Below, piece after piece: positions 9,974-19,866 of a stretch of DNA of 64,000 nucleotides. Within the stretch, counting starts at the first letter, position 1. Every line of letters starts with the position of its first letter. The stretch covers positions 96,001 to 160,000 of the forward strand of contig JBPOFY010000001.1 in NCBI GenBank assembly GCA_051252375.1, given 5' to 3'. A model generated the notes under the pieces. The model was not told the DNA's origin. It did no database searches and saw nothing but the letters and a program-made list of their open reading frames with translations. Source of the DNA: Opitutaceae bacterium. GTDB lineage: Bacteria; Verrucomicrobiota; Verrucomicrobiia; Opitutales; Coraliomargaritaceae. A program made the position numbers and the translations under genes.

Positions 9974-10891
9974 CTACTCAGCAAAGACAGACGACAACAT
10001 TTGCGTAAAGTCCCCACCGCCGAGCACAGGGTCAATCTTACGAAAACGGACGATACTGGAGCGCCCCTCATTGAAATCCACCTGCACATCGTAAGGCATG
10101 CGCAAGCCATTCACTTGTTCAAAGCGCGAAAAACGAAACACGTGCTTCTCACCGCTCTTCGTCAGGTCCACTCGGGCCAGCAATTTCAAGTCAGACTCAC
10201 GGAGATACACTTCACTAATTAGACCACGGTCATTACGTATAAAACAAACCTTAAGCGCAGGAAACCCGCTCCAATCCGAATGCTCAACGTTCAGAATATC
10301 CCCACGTCCATTAACCGAAAAATCAACCATGGGATCAAATACTCCCAGCATAGTATCTGCAATCACCTCCAGTGAATCATCCCACACGGCTGAATCGCCA
10401 GATGCGTCCTCCACCCGCAAATCACCATCGACAAATTGCAAATGATAACGACTCCCATTATCCAAAAATTCGCATACTAAGTTATCCCACCCATCTCCGC
10501 ATGCTCGAAAAACCCGAAACACACCTGCTTCAATCACTACTCCTTCATAAATATAATTACGATGTTCGCTCCATGCGTCTTGCCCTCCAATTGCGTCCAT
10601 ATACTTACCAACTAAGAGACTCGGATCCTGATTCACGTCCCAAGGCTGCAACTCACTAAATTGCAGACCATACAAGCTGCCCTTTCCTGCCGAATAATAC
10701 CATTTAACTGATGCAAAGCCCGCCAACGCAATTCCAAGAATGATTAACACAGGATAGAGAATATAAGCCAAACCCTCAAGTTTATGCTTAGTTTCTTCAC
10801 TCAACCCCCTGCGATGCTTAACCGCGACCTTAACAGGCACTTTGGAAGTATTCGATTGAGCCCTACTAACGCGATTAGAATTATGATCCAT
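9974..10891 (-). CDS. Hypothetical single-TM protein with beta-rich extracytoplasmic domain
   Basis: 305-aa ORF, one TM helix, then YMDAIGG..AW and beta-rich segments reminiscent of lipoprotein-sorting-like folds. Confidence 0.6.
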   Translation of the reverse strand: MDHNSNRVSRAQSNTSKVPVKVAVKHRRGLSEETKHKLEGLAYILYPVLIILGIALAGFASVKWYYSAGKGSLYGLQFSELQPWDVNQDPSLLVGKYMDAIGGQDAWSEHRNYIYEGVVIEAGVFRVFRACGDGWDNLVCEFLDNGSRYHLQFVDGDLRVEDASGDSAVWDDSLEVIADTMLGVFDPMVDFSVNGRGDILNVEHSDWSGFPALKVCFIRNDRGLISEVYLRESDLKLLARVDLTKSGEKHVFRFSRFEQVNGLRMPYDVQVDFNEGRSSIVRFRKIDPVLGGGDFTQMLSSVFAE

Positions 10892-11002
10892 ACGACTTTA
10901 AGTCGTCTTCAAACAACACTGTCAAAACATTACGTTCCATTACTTACGAATTAAATATAGTTATCCCACACTTAAGCTAACGTAATATAGAATAAAATTA
11001 TA

Positions 11003-11887
11003 CTACAGCGATACTCGGCAATCAGGCTCTCGTATCTGAGTGCGAAACCAGGTGCGCTGTTTTTTCACAAGGTGAATTGTGTTTTGAACAATCTCAGGAA
11101 CGAGCTCTCGCATTTCAAGTTTATGATCTAAAAAGGCTAAGGTCTCACGATAACCAATCGCAGATGAGGCGCTCGGATTCTTACGAATCCCTAGTTCGAC
11201 CAATTTTTCGACTTCATATATCAAACCATCATTAACCATATTCTGCGCCCGCTGAGCGATACGCTGCTTTAGGTTTTCAGTATCTCGCTCAAGAAGAATC
11301 AACTTCTTCTCAAACTCACCAAAAGGCTCAGGTCTCGCAGCAAATTCTGCCTGCAGATCTGGCAACGACTTACCAGAGGCGATACACCGCTCCAAAGCGC
11401 GCAGCACGCGACGCGGATTTTGTGGATCTAAATTACCAATACCTTCTGGGCTACGCTTCTGCAAATCAGCCAACAAACCCTGCAAACCTTCAGCCTCATG
11501 AAGCGCGGCCACTTGCTGACGCTCGGCATCGCTAACCTTTACAATGTCAATCACCGGCGCGAAAAAACTCTTTAGGTAAAAACCACTACCACCTGTCACA
11601 ACAACTGACTTTCCACGCGCCACGATATCCGCAACTGCTGCTTCAGCATCACGCACATAAGCAACAATATCATAAGGCTCATCAACCGCATTCACATCGA
11701 TCAAATGATGTGGCACACGGGCCAGTTCTTCCTTCGATGGTTTCGCAGTTCCAATATCCATGCCACGATACACCAAGGACGCATCACACGAAACAATCTC
11801 CGCGTCATGCTGTTCTGCATACTTCAACGCATACTCTGTTTTACCAACAGCTGTCGGCCCTGTAATGATATGTAAAGTAGGTGTCAT
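11003..11887 (-). CDS. miaA: tRNA dimethylallyltransferase
   Basis: ITGPTAVGKT, VYRGMDIGTAKP, GGSGFY, RRVLRALE, AIGYRE, KKQRTWF; start placed at ATG 11887. Confidence 0.96.
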   Translation of the reverse strand: MTPTLHIITGPTAVGKTEYALKYAEQHDAEIVSCDASLVYRGMDIGTAKPSKEELARVPHHLIDVNAVDEPYDIVAYVRDAEAAVADIVARGKSVVVTGGSGFYLKSFFAPVIDIVKVSDAERQQVAALHEAEGLQGLLADLQKRSPEGIGNLDPQNPRRVLRALERCIASGKSLPDLQAEFAARPEPFGEFEKKLILLERDTENLKQRIAQRAQNMVNDGLIYEVEKLVELGIRKNPSASSAIGYRETLAFLDHKLEMRELVPEIVQNTIHLVKKQRTWFRTQIREPDCRVSL

Positions 11888-12088
11888 AGCTGGGGCAGTT
11901 AACATTCTCAACTTCGAACTAGCAACCAAGGATCAATCATTCTGGAAATTTGTCTCGTCACCAAAACCATCGACAGAGGAGGCTTCGTCAACGACTTCGA
12001 AGAAGCGCGAGTCGAATGACTCAGACCGGGATATAAGGATATGCTCGACTGGGGAGGAGCTTGTTGAGCAGTTAGAACCCTAGAGAAT

Positions 12089-12104
12089 GCAGCCGTCCCT
12101 ACCC
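12089..12104 (-). repeat. Degenerate half REP
   Basis: GCAGCCGTCCCTACCC, identical over 16 nt to 33548-33563; left arm of the hairpin is missing. Confidence 0.6.
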
Positions 12105-12109
12105 GAGTC

Positions 12110-13132
12110 TTACCGCTTTGCGAAGTCGCTGAACTTACCTTTATAACGACGGGCAATTTTCTCCATCGAATCGCCGGCTTCGGGTTCGACTTTAAAGCCG
12201 ATAAAATGAATACGCGGCTCGATGCCATATTCGCGAACGAGATCGCGCAGTGTCTTTTCCACATCATCCCAAGGCACATCGCCTCCACTGAACTTCTCGC
12301 TTTTACCGCGCTGAAAGTCTCCGTCTGAAACGATAAAAATGACTTCGGGCTCCATTTGAAATGCAACCGTCAGGGCGCCTTGAATACCATTCACCTCGAA
12401 TGGTAGCTGCGTGGTCTTACGACTGGAACGCACATTATCGCGCACCCACAGTTTAGCGGCTTGTTTATTTCGTGCGCCTGCCGCGATCATGTAATCCCTA
12501 AAGGTGCCGACTTGCTGCGCAAAGGGCACCAACCCAAAGAGCGTGTTCGCGTTCAAGCCGTCAATCAACACGGCCAACTCGCGGACAAAGGCATCGGTCG
12601 ATACGCCGGCGGCACTGGCTTTGTTCCAGACGGTCGAACTATTATCAAACAGTATCAGTATGCGCTGACCGCTGTCTTGGATGCCAAACAACGACGCTGA
12701 CGACGACTCCGTCTTCAAGCCTTGTAATGCACCCAACACTCCTGACTGCCCGAGCAAAGAATCGGACTGCAATGCCGCGGGGTTCCGCTCGATCGGATTA
12801 AACTCACTGGTCGGCATATTCGGCAACGATGGCAGGGCATCAGGCAAAAGTGCCGCCGTGCTAATGCGCTCCATCTGCATTGGCGAACTGGCCGCATTTT
12901 GAAACTCCGCTAGGGCGACTTTGTGCTCTAACTCCTTTTGCGGCAGATAAATCTTCTTTCGGGCAACAAACTCGGGGTCGGACTTAAACTCCGGCACCAG
13001 AACCACCACAAATACAGCCACCAACAGCAGCCCTGCTTGTATCATCAATGCCAATAGCAAAGGTCCCACTTTCGAGCGTCGTGGCGCACGTGTCCCTGTG
13101 ACAGTTGGTGAGGTTGCAGGCATTAGAGTCAC
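12110..13132 (-). CDS. Membrane-anchored vWA-domain protein
   Basis: N-terminal TM; ILILFDNSST (MIDAS-like), IFIVSDG, IHFIGF; start may be ATG 13123. Confidence 0.8.
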   Translation of the reverse strand: MTLMPATSPTVTGTRAPRRSKVGPLLLALMIQAGLLLVAVFVVVLVPEFKSDPEFVARKKIYLPQKELEHKVALAEFQNAASSPMQMERISTAALLPDALPSLPNMPTSEFNPIERNPAALQSDSLLGQSGVLGALQGLKTESSSASLFGIQDSGQRILILFDNSSTVWNKASAAGVSTDAFVRELAVLIDGLNANTLFGLVPFAQQVGTFRDYMIAAGARNKQAAKLWVRDNVRSSRKTTQLPFEVNGIQGALTVAFQMEPEVIFIVSDGDFQRGKSEKFSGGDVPWDDVEKTLRDLVREYGIEPRIHFIGFKVEPEAGDSMEKIARRYKGKFSDFAKR

Positions 13133-13246
13133 ATATTGTAATCAAATTCGAACATGGCAAAACCCGATTTCACAGGTAATATAATAATCGTTTCCGACTC
13201 GCCACAGACCCGTCGTCGCGTTGCACTCCAACCAGAATTTTGAGAT

Positions 13247-13912
13247 ATGTTCCGCTCCTTACGTAATGCTTTTATCACCGGCGTAGTCGTCATCCTCCCG
13301 CTGGGTGTGACGATCATCGTGATCAATTTCCTGTTGGAACGCCTCGGCACGCCAGCGAGTAACTTCTTCTTTTGGTATCTCGATCCAGATTGGAGGGACT
13401 TACCTGTTGTCGAGCTCATGCTCAAATTCATCTCTGTCGCAGTCGTATTCCTGCTAATCACCTTGCTGGGGTATTTTTCCAAGTTTTTCATTGGGAAATT
13501 CATGCTGAATAGCATCGAACGGCTCCTCAACCGAGTTCCACTCATCAACACAGTGTATCGCACGGTCAAACAAATCGTCGACACTTTCAGCCAGCAGGAG
13601 AAAGCCATCTTCCAAGAAGTCGTGCTGATCGAATACCCGCGCCCACGTTGCTATGTGCTAGGCTTCCTTACCGGTAGCGCCAAAGGTGAGACCCAAGCCG
13701 TTACCGGCGAACACATACTCAACATCTTTGTGCCAACCACGCCAAATCCCACTAGCGGATTCCTACTCATGCTACCTGAGAGTGATGTCACTCGCCTGAC
13801 CATGACCATCAGTGACGGCATGAAAGTTATCATTTCTGGCGGTGCTGTCGTGCCGGATCCAAAAACAGGGGAGCCGATTCAGATCGAGAATCCGAGCGAA
13901 GCAAAGGCTTAG
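13247..13912 (+). CDS. DUF502 family membrane protein
   Basis: FITGVVVILPL, RVPLINTVY, VVLIEYPR, FVPTTPNPTSGFLL. Confidence 0.92.
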   Translation: MFRSLRNAFITGVVVILPLGVTIIVINFLLERLGTPASNFFFWYLDPDWRDLPVVELMLKFISVAVVFLLITLLGYFSKFFIGKFMLNSIERLLNRVPLINTVYRTVKQIVDTFSQQEKAIFQEVVLIEYPRPRCYVLGFLTGSAKGETQAVTGEHILNIFVPTTPNPTSGFLLMLPESDVTRLTMTISDGMKVIISGGAVVPDPKTGEPIQIENPSEAKA

Positions 13913-13932
13913 TAAATCTGCCCTTTTACAGC

Positions 13933-14511
13933 TTAAGCCGCGCTGAGCATAATGGCTTTCTCTTCCACCACTTTCTCTTTGAGTGGATATGGCAAAGCAC
14001 AAGAGCGAGGATAACGATTGGTCTTAATCACAAGACGACCATCTTCTAGCATCGAAAGCTTTAGCTCCGAAGACCCAGAATAGGTGAGCACTTGCGGTAA
14101 TTCATCGAGTAAACGCAGCTTCACTTCATCGAGCATCGCTGCGAGATGAGAGCGAAGCGCTGGCTCTTCATTGAAAACACGCATCAAGACTGCTGCAAAT
14201 ATCGCATCACGCAGGCCACCTGCATCATCCTGAGAGACTTCAATCACGCCTTTTGCAAAATCGACACGAATCGAGGCAGATAATTTCGCAGTCGGCACAA
14301 CTTTCACACGCGAGCCTGCACAAATCTCCATCATACTCACAAATTGCACGCCACTGAGATCATAAAGACCCAGGCGAGACTTGTTCGGGATGCGCATCAA
14401 AAGTGGGATCAAATGAGCCAATTGGCACTGATCCGGAGCGGGTGATTGCCCTCCGAAGCGAATAGCGTCCATGCCGCTCTCGCCCAAGTTATAGTATGCT
14501 GACCTGTCCAT
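13933..14511 (-). CDS. Hypothetical protein
   Basis: 192-aa ORF filling the gap; no recognisable motif. Confidence 0.6.
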   Translation of the reverse strand: MDRSAYYNLGESGMDAIRFGGQSPAPDQCQLAHLIPLLMRIPNKSRLGLYDLSGVQFVSMMEICAGSRVKVVPTAKLSASIRVDFAKGVIEVSQDDAGGLRDAIFAAVLMRVFNEEPALRSHLAAMLDEVKLRLLDELPQVLTYSGSSELKLSMLEDGRLVIKTNRYPRSCALPYPLKEKVVEEKAIMLSAA

Positions 14512-14682
14512 AAGCCCATATATAGTGGTTCGTCACAAACGTGGCAAGTTTATGCGACCGTTTGCCAATAGAATTAGAGAATACGATAACTCAGCATAAC
14601 GACATTAGAAACTTGAATAAAGGGCAGGGAATCGTCGGTTTGACGCTAAACCCAGCCCCACGCTCAGCGCAGCCCCGAAGGC

Positions 14683-15429
14683 CTAATTACGTGTCCAGCA
14701 GCTAGCCTGCGCGATGCTATATTGAAACTTCCTAGCGTGCTCGCGAATAAGGAATGGCATGTCCCATTGCCGTTGTAAGCCAAAGGCGGGCTCTAAAGCT
14801 CGTCTCAGCCCCGCAAAAGAATCCTGAGCCCCATCACCGAGCCAATTTTGAGAAGGCGTGTATTCTTCCAGCCAGGTGAAAGGCGTCGTGATAAACAACT
14901 GACCGCCAGGTTTCAGCAAATCAGGCAAACGCTCCAACAAACGCATCGGCTCGGGTAAACGGCAAATCAGATTACAAGCGATCACGACATCAAATTGACC
15001 GATATCCCGACGGATGTGCTGCGCATCACCTTGCTCAAAACTCACGCGACTGCGATCGATGCCAGCGTCGACAGCCACATCGAGAGCCGTCGTAGCCGAG
15101 CCCTCGTCCAACCGTGTTGCTGGATGTTGCCCATCCGTTTGAAGCCGCTTAGCGGCATCGATAAAAGCATGCGAATAATCGATGCCGATGACCTCCGAGC
15201 AATGCCTCGCTAGCTCAAAAGACGAACGCCCCACCGAACAACCGAGATCCAGCGCACGTGCCGGTTCGGTTAGTCGTGAAAAGTCCACACCTTCCACAGC
15301 ACAACGCTTCGGAAAATCCAAAGCATCGGCACCACCGAAACCGTATGGGAATTGCTCCGCAGTGGTAGCGTAGTGAAAGACTAGATACTGCTGCAGCAGT
15401 TCGTCCGATTCGTATGGGTTGGTGGGCAT
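14683..15429 (-). CDS. Class I SAM methyltransferase, OvoA C-terminal-like (putative 4-mercaptohistidine N1-methyltransferase)
   Basis: NPYESDELLQQYLVFHY, FPKRCA, RALDLGCSVGRSSFELAR, NLICRL, PFTWLEEYTP, FLIREHARKFQ; start placed at ATG 15429. Confidence 0.85.
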   Translation of the reverse strand: MPTNPYESDELLQQYLVFHYATTAEQFPYGFGGADALDFPKRCAVEGVDFSRLTEPARALDLGCSVGRSSFELARHCSEVIGIDYSHAFIDAAKRLQTDGQHPATRLDEGSATTALDVAVDAGIDRSRVSFEQGDAQHIRRDIGQFDVVIACNLICRLPEPMRLLERLPDLLKPGGQLFITTPFTWLEEYTPSQNWLGDGAQDSFAGLRRALEPAFGLQRQWDMPFLIREHARKFQYSIAQASCWTRN

Positions 15430-15462
15430 GAGGTCGAAAAATGAAAAAATAACTGGTATCTC

Positions 15463-15542
15463 TGGAGGGCGGCGCTCCATCACCGCCGGAAGTATCTAAT
15501 GACACACGACATCTGCGGTTGCGACGGAGCGCAACCCTCCAG
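15463..15542. repeat. REP doublet (REPIN-like), GGAG type
   Basis: TGGAG-GGCGGCG-CTCCAT-CACCGCC followed by an inverted copy TGGAG-GGTTGCG-CTCCGT-CGCAACC. Confidence 0.8.
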
Positions 15543-15569
15543 CCAACCGAAAATGGAGGACCGCGCGAA

Positions 15570-16742
15570 CTAAGCGTCTACAGGTAGATCCGCCTCCAAG
15601 AGGTCGACCATGAACTTCGCAGGCTTGTAATGCTCGATCAGCACGGTCGTCTCGCCGTTCTTGATCATACGAGCTTGCTGCAGACGAATCTCCGGCGTCT
15701 TGTGTGGCGCATAGAGCACATCATCATGCGAAGCATTTTCATGCGTTTTGAAGAGATCCGGAGTGATGTTGCCACCAAGGTGGTCGTCGCGACCCGTTGC
15801 TACGTGAATCGTGCCTAGGATCTTTTCGTCCTGGATGTCGCGACCAGAGAAAGGCAGCACCTGTGTGCCAAAGCCAAGTTCGCCAAGCGCACCGATCATG
15901 GGATCGTCTTTTAGGCGGCGATTGTGATCTTCGATTTCTGCATAATCACCATAGACGAATTGCGACTTCACGATCTTGCCATCTTCCACGTGGAGTAAGC
16001 CAATCGTGCTCTCATCGTATTTAAAAGGAAAGACACCCTCGGCGCTTTCTGGAACAAAATAGACTTCACCAGCAGGGAGGTTGGCGACATCGGGCTTACC
16101 CGGAGGGCACAAGCCATGGCTCTTCTGCGCTTCTTGCCCATTGGTGTGTAGTATCAAAGTATAGACTTTATTTTCGACTTCGAAATCGATTTCGAATCGA
16201 TCGGCTTTTGTCAGACCAAGGCGTAACTTCTCTGCCTCTTCGCTGATGATATCGTAATCAACGGAAAGACCTGTCGCCAAAATGATCTGATTCAACCCGT
16301 GCAATGTTGCCCCGCGAAAACCAAATTCCTTACACTTCGCGGTGAGTGGTGCCGTCGCAGAAAATGTCGAAACCGTCAGAATGATATCATAATTCGCATA
16401 GATATCTTTGTCCAAGCTCAGCAAATTACCCACTGGATCATAACACTCATCCTCCATATCGAGGTTACTTCCACCAGTTTCCTTATAGGCAAAAATATCG
16501 CCGCCGGTCCAGTTCATCGCCTCAAGACCGCCCGCCTTGAAGCCTTTATAAAAGGTCTCATGCCCATAATTCTGAATCGAGAGCGTCTCATCCTCCAGAA
16601 ACTTAAAATCTTCGATATCTTTAGGATTCGGCAAATCGATTAAAATGCAGACCTTCTCGCCACTGCCCTGCCCGAAGCAAGTCTTCAGCAAGCGAGTCAG
16701 GCTGAATGGAGGAAAAGTGCGTTCATTGGCGTCGAGTATCAT
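15570..16742 (-). CDS. M29-like (thermophilic metalloprotease) aminopeptidase
   Basis: NLPAGEVYFVP, LGELGFG, DEKILGTIHVATG, HDD metal-ligand motifs. Confidence 0.75.
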   Translation of the reverse strand: MILDANERTFPPFSLTRLLKTCFGQGSGEKVCILIDLPNPKDIEDFKFLEDETLSIQNYGHETFYKGFKAGGLEAMNWTGGDIFAYKETGGSNLDMEDECYDPVGNLLSLDKDIYANYDIILTVSTFSATAPLTAKCKEFGFRGATLHGLNQIILATGLSVDYDIISEEAEKLRLGLTKADRFEIDFEVENKVYTLILHTNGQEAQKSHGLCPPGKPDVANLPAGEVYFVPESAEGVFPFKYDESTIGLLHVEDGKIVKSQFVYGDYAEIEDHNRRLKDDPMIGALGELGFGTQVLPFSGRDIQDEKILGTIHVATGRDDHLGGNITPDLFKTHENASHDDVLYAPHKTPEIRLQQARMIKNGETTVLIEHYKPAKFMVDLLEADLPVDA

Positions 16743-16884
16743 AGTTCTGCAGTGTTATGTGTGATAAAATAAAAGAAATGAGTCTATAAATGAATGAAAA
16801 CCTGTCAAAGCTAGGTTTGACTGCTCTGCTTGAGTCAATGGAATCGTAACCTATTCCCCAACCTTACAAAAAACTATATTTCAG

Positions 16885-17493
16885 ATGAAGCGCCTCTTCG
16901 ACATACTCGCGACCTTAGTCGGCTTGAGCGTGCTTTGCATCCCACTCTGTGTGCTGTGCATCATACAACTGATAGTTCTCGGGCGACCTATTTTCTTTCG
17001 CCAGGTTCGCGCGGGGCAAAACGGGAAAGCTTTTTCCATTCTTAAATTCCGCACGATGCGAAACGGCATAGGCAGCGACGCAGAACGAATGACCCGCTGG
17101 GGCCAGTTCTTGCGCAGCACCAGCCTCGACGAATTGCCGGAACTCTGGAATGTGTTAACCGGCGACATGAGCCTCGTTGGTCCACGCCCACTCCCCACTG
17201 TCTACCTAGAACGCTACTCTCCCGAGCAAGCGCGGCGCCACGACGTCCGACCGGGCATAACAGGGTGGGCACAAGTCAACGGTCGTAATGGCCTAAGTTG
17301 GGGACGACAATTCGAACTCGACCTGTGGTATGTGCAAAACCGTTCCTTCTTGCTCGATCTCAAAATTCTCGGTTTAACCATATGGACCGTCATACGCCGC
17401 GAAAACATCTCCGCAGAGGGGCACGCCACACGTGGTGAATTTTTCGGTTCTCAAAACCCACCGACCCCCGACCATACACAAACAGATGCCTGA
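16885..17493 (+). CDS. Sugar transferase (undecaprenyl-phosphate glycosylphosphotransferase, PglC/WcaJ-like)
   Basis: KRLFD, KFRTM, RSTSLDELPEL, GDMSLVGPRP, RPGITGWAQVNGR. Confidence 0.95.
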   Translation: MKRLFDILATLVGLSVLCIPLCVLCIIQLIVLGRPIFFRQVRAGQNGKAFSILKFRTMRNGIGSDAERMTRWGQFLRSTSLDELPELWNVLTGDMSLVGPRPLPTVYLERYSPEQARRHDVRPGITGWAQVNGRNGLSWGRQFELDLWYVQNRSFLLDLKILGLTIWTVIRRENISAEGHATRGEFFGSQNPPTPDHTQTDA

Positions 17494-17782
17494 TCGTTCT
17501 GAAATCGAAACGCTAGTCCTCGAATCTGTTCGCCTTCTTGCGGAAGATTTCGAAATCGCTGCGCTACAATCAGCCGATTCCAGCAGCACACTCTACGGCA
17601 GCACCGGCTCACTCGACAGCATGGCGCTGGTCAACCTCATCGCCGATATCGAAGAAGCCATTGACGAGACATTCGGCGCATCCATCGCACTCGCCGATGA
17701 AAAAGCAATGAGCGCGAAGAACTCTCCTTTCCGTGACGTCAGCAGTCTCGTCGACGCCATCATTGAACGAATCGAATCATGA
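17486..17782 (+). CDS. Acyl carrier protein
   Basis: LDSMALVNLI phosphopantetheine serine motif, acidic 98 aa; start placed at ATG 17486. Confidence 0.85.
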   Translation: MPDRSEIETLVLESVRLLAEDFEIAALQSADSSSTLYGSTGSLDSMALVNLIADIEEAIDETFGASIALADEKAMSAKNSPFRDVSSLVDAIIERIES

Positions 17783-18474
17783 AAACCATCGTCATCACCG
17801 GCACCAGAAAAGGCATCGGCCAAGCCCTTGCCCAGCACTACCTAAACGACGGCTGGAATGTCGCTGGTTGCAGCCGAGGTGACGCTTCGATTCAACATGA
17901 GCACTACACCCACTTCAGCCTCGATGTGAGCGACGAAGAGGCCGTCATCGCCATGGCACGCGCGCTCAAAAAACAATTCGGTCAAGTCGACGCACTGCTC
18001 AACAATGCGGGCATCGCATCGATGAACCACGCACTACTGACTCCAGCTTCGACCGTGAACCGTATTTTGCAGACCAACGTCGTGGGCACATTTCTCTTCT
18101 GCCGCGAAATGGGCAAGCTCATGCGCTCCACCAAAGCCGGACGTATCATTAATTTCACTACAGTCGCGCATCCGCTCAATCTTGAAGGCGAAGCTATTTA
18201 CGCCGCCAGCAAAGCAGCCGTTGAAAGCCTCACCCGCATCTTAGCTCGCGAGCTCGCAGAACTACAAATCACCGTCAATGCGATCGGTCCAACACCGATC
18301 GAGACCGACCTCATACGCGGCGTGCCTTCCGATAAAATGGAAGCGCTACTTCAACGCCAAGCCATCCGCCGCATGGGAGAAGTCAAAGACGTGATCAATG
18401 CAGTGGACTTCTTCATCCGCCCTGAAAGCGACTTCATCACTGGACAGGTTATCTATCTCGGTGGCGTCAACTAG
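17779..18474 (+). CDS. SDR family oxidoreductase (FabG-like)
   Basis: TGTRKGIG, NNAG, YAASK, ITGQVI; ATGA overlap with the ACP gene. Confidence 0.92.
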   Translation: MKTIVITGTRKGIGQALAQHYLNDGWNVAGCSRGDASIQHEHYTHFSLDVSDEEAVIAMARALKKQFGQVDALLNNAGIASMNHALLTPASTVNRILQTNVVGTFLFCREMGKLMRSTKAGRIINFTTVAHPLNLEGEAIYAASKAAVESLTRILARELAELQITVNAIGPTPIETDLIRGVPSDKMEALLQRQAIRRMGEVKDVINAVDFFIRPESDFITGQVIYLGGVN

Positions 18475-18497
18475 AATGCAGACCTATCAAGACTGAA

Positions 18498-18523
18498 CGG
18501 CAATGACGGAGCATTGCCCTCCA
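18498..18523 (-). repeat. REP-like hairpin (GGAG type)
   Basis: Minus strand TGGAG-GGCAATG-CTCCGT-CATTGCC; same loop as the 15463-15542 copies. Confidence 0.75.
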
Positions 18524-18542
18524 CAAAACGATAATACATCGA

Positions 18543-19859
18543 ATGAACTGGATCGAAACTAAGCTTGTAGCCTTTGACGACCGTATCGCTTGTTATGAAG
18601 CAGGACGGTGTTGGACCTTTAAAGACCTCTGCGAATCCATAGAAGCCATCGCATCAAAGCTGCCATCGACACCTGCGGTCATTGCCATTCAAACAGAGAC
18701 AAGTATCGAAGGTCTAGCCGCACTGCTCGCCATTGCTCAGACACAGCACATCGCCCTACCGCTTCCGGCAGAATTACCAACAATCGAGCAAGCCGACATG
18801 CAAGAGATTGCAGCGGCGGATTATCGCCTCATCGGCACGGGACAGACTATCGCACTTATCGAACAAGCCAGTCCAGAACGCCCAAAAATCTACGATCAAT
18901 TGCAAAGCAGTGGACTCGTGCTCTTTAGTAGTGGCACCAGCGGCAAACCAAAGGGCATGCTGCATAATTTGGACACTCTACTCGACCGCTATAAAAGCAT
19001 AAACACCCGCCAAGATCGCAGCCTACTTCTATTGCTCATTGATCATATCGGCGGATTGGACAGTGCCTTTCGCACGCTCTTCGCTGGGTCAACACTCGTC
19101 ATACCAGAAGCACGCACGCCCGAAGCCGCCGGAGCCGCCATTGCTAAACATGCGGTTAACATACTGCCCGCCTCGCCGACTTTCCTCAACCTAATGTGCC
19201 TCGCTCACACACCCGAGAAGCACGACTGCAGCTCTGTCGAAATCATCGCCTACGGAGCCGAGGCTATGCCAGCACCGCTACTACAACGTGTTGCAGAAGC
19301 TTTCCCTAATGCCGATCTACAACAGAAATTTGGCACCAGCGAAACAGGTGCGGTTCGTATCAAAAGTGAAAACAAAAGCAGCCTTTTCTTTAAAATCGAA
19401 GACCGCGACACAGAGTGGAAAGTCATTGAAGACGAGCTTTGGCTCAAAACACCTTCCCGGATCATTGGTTACTTCAACGCCGACGAAAGTTCACTCGAGG
19501 CAAACGGTTGGTATCGCACAGGCGACCTCGTCGAAGAAGGCAGCGAGGGTCACATCCGCATCATCGGCCGCGCCAGCGCGGTGATCAATGTTGGCGGACA
19601 AAAAGTGCACCCTGCGGAAATCGAAACGGTGCTTCGCGACATTCCGGAGATTGAAGATTGCCGAGTATTTGCAAAGGAAGACCCTATCACCGGCAGCGCG
19701 ATAGTCTGCGAAATCGTCAGCCAAGCCACCCACGAAACACGCGCTTGGAAACGACTCATTCGCAACCATTGCCGCGGCAAACTCGCCCCGTGGAAAATAC
19801 CCAGCCAGGTGACGATCACCCAAAATTTAAACATCAACGCCCGCCTCAAGAAGGCATAA
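18543..19859 (+). CDS. AMP-dependent acyl-CoA/acyl-ACP ligase
   Basis: FSSGTSGKPKG, FGTSETG, YRTGD, INVGGQKVHPAEIE. Confidence 0.9.
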   Translation: MNWIETKLVAFDDRIACYEAGRCWTFKDLCESIEAIASKLPSTPAVIAIQTETSIEGLAALLAIAQTQHIALPLPAELPTIEQADMQEIAAADYRLIGTGQTIALIEQASPERPKIYDQLQSSGLVLFSSGTSGKPKGMLHNLDTLLDRYKSINTRQDRSLLLLLIDHIGGLDSAFRTLFAGSTLVIPEARTPEAAGAAIAKHAVNILPASPTFLNLMCLAHTPEKHDCSSVEIIAYGAEAMPAPLLQRVAEAFPNADLQQKFGTSETGAVRIKSENKSSLFFKIEDRDTEWKVIEDELWLKTPSRIIGYFNADESSLEANGWYRTGDLVEEGSEGHIRIIGRASAVINVGGQKVHPAEIETVLRDIPEIEDCRVFAKEDPITGSAIVCEIVSQATHETRAWKRLIRNHCRGKLAPWKIPSQVTITQNLNINARLKKA

Positions 19860-19866
19860 AAATTAC

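Noticed and set aside
14542..14567. Sigma-54 promoter (TGGCA...GC on both strands)
   Set aside because: Spacing is GG-N9-GC rather than the required GG-N10-GC.
15430..15483. N-terminal extension of the methyltransferase ORF given in the track
   Set aside because: It runs into the REP doublet; family similarity begins at MPTNPYE (ATG 15429).
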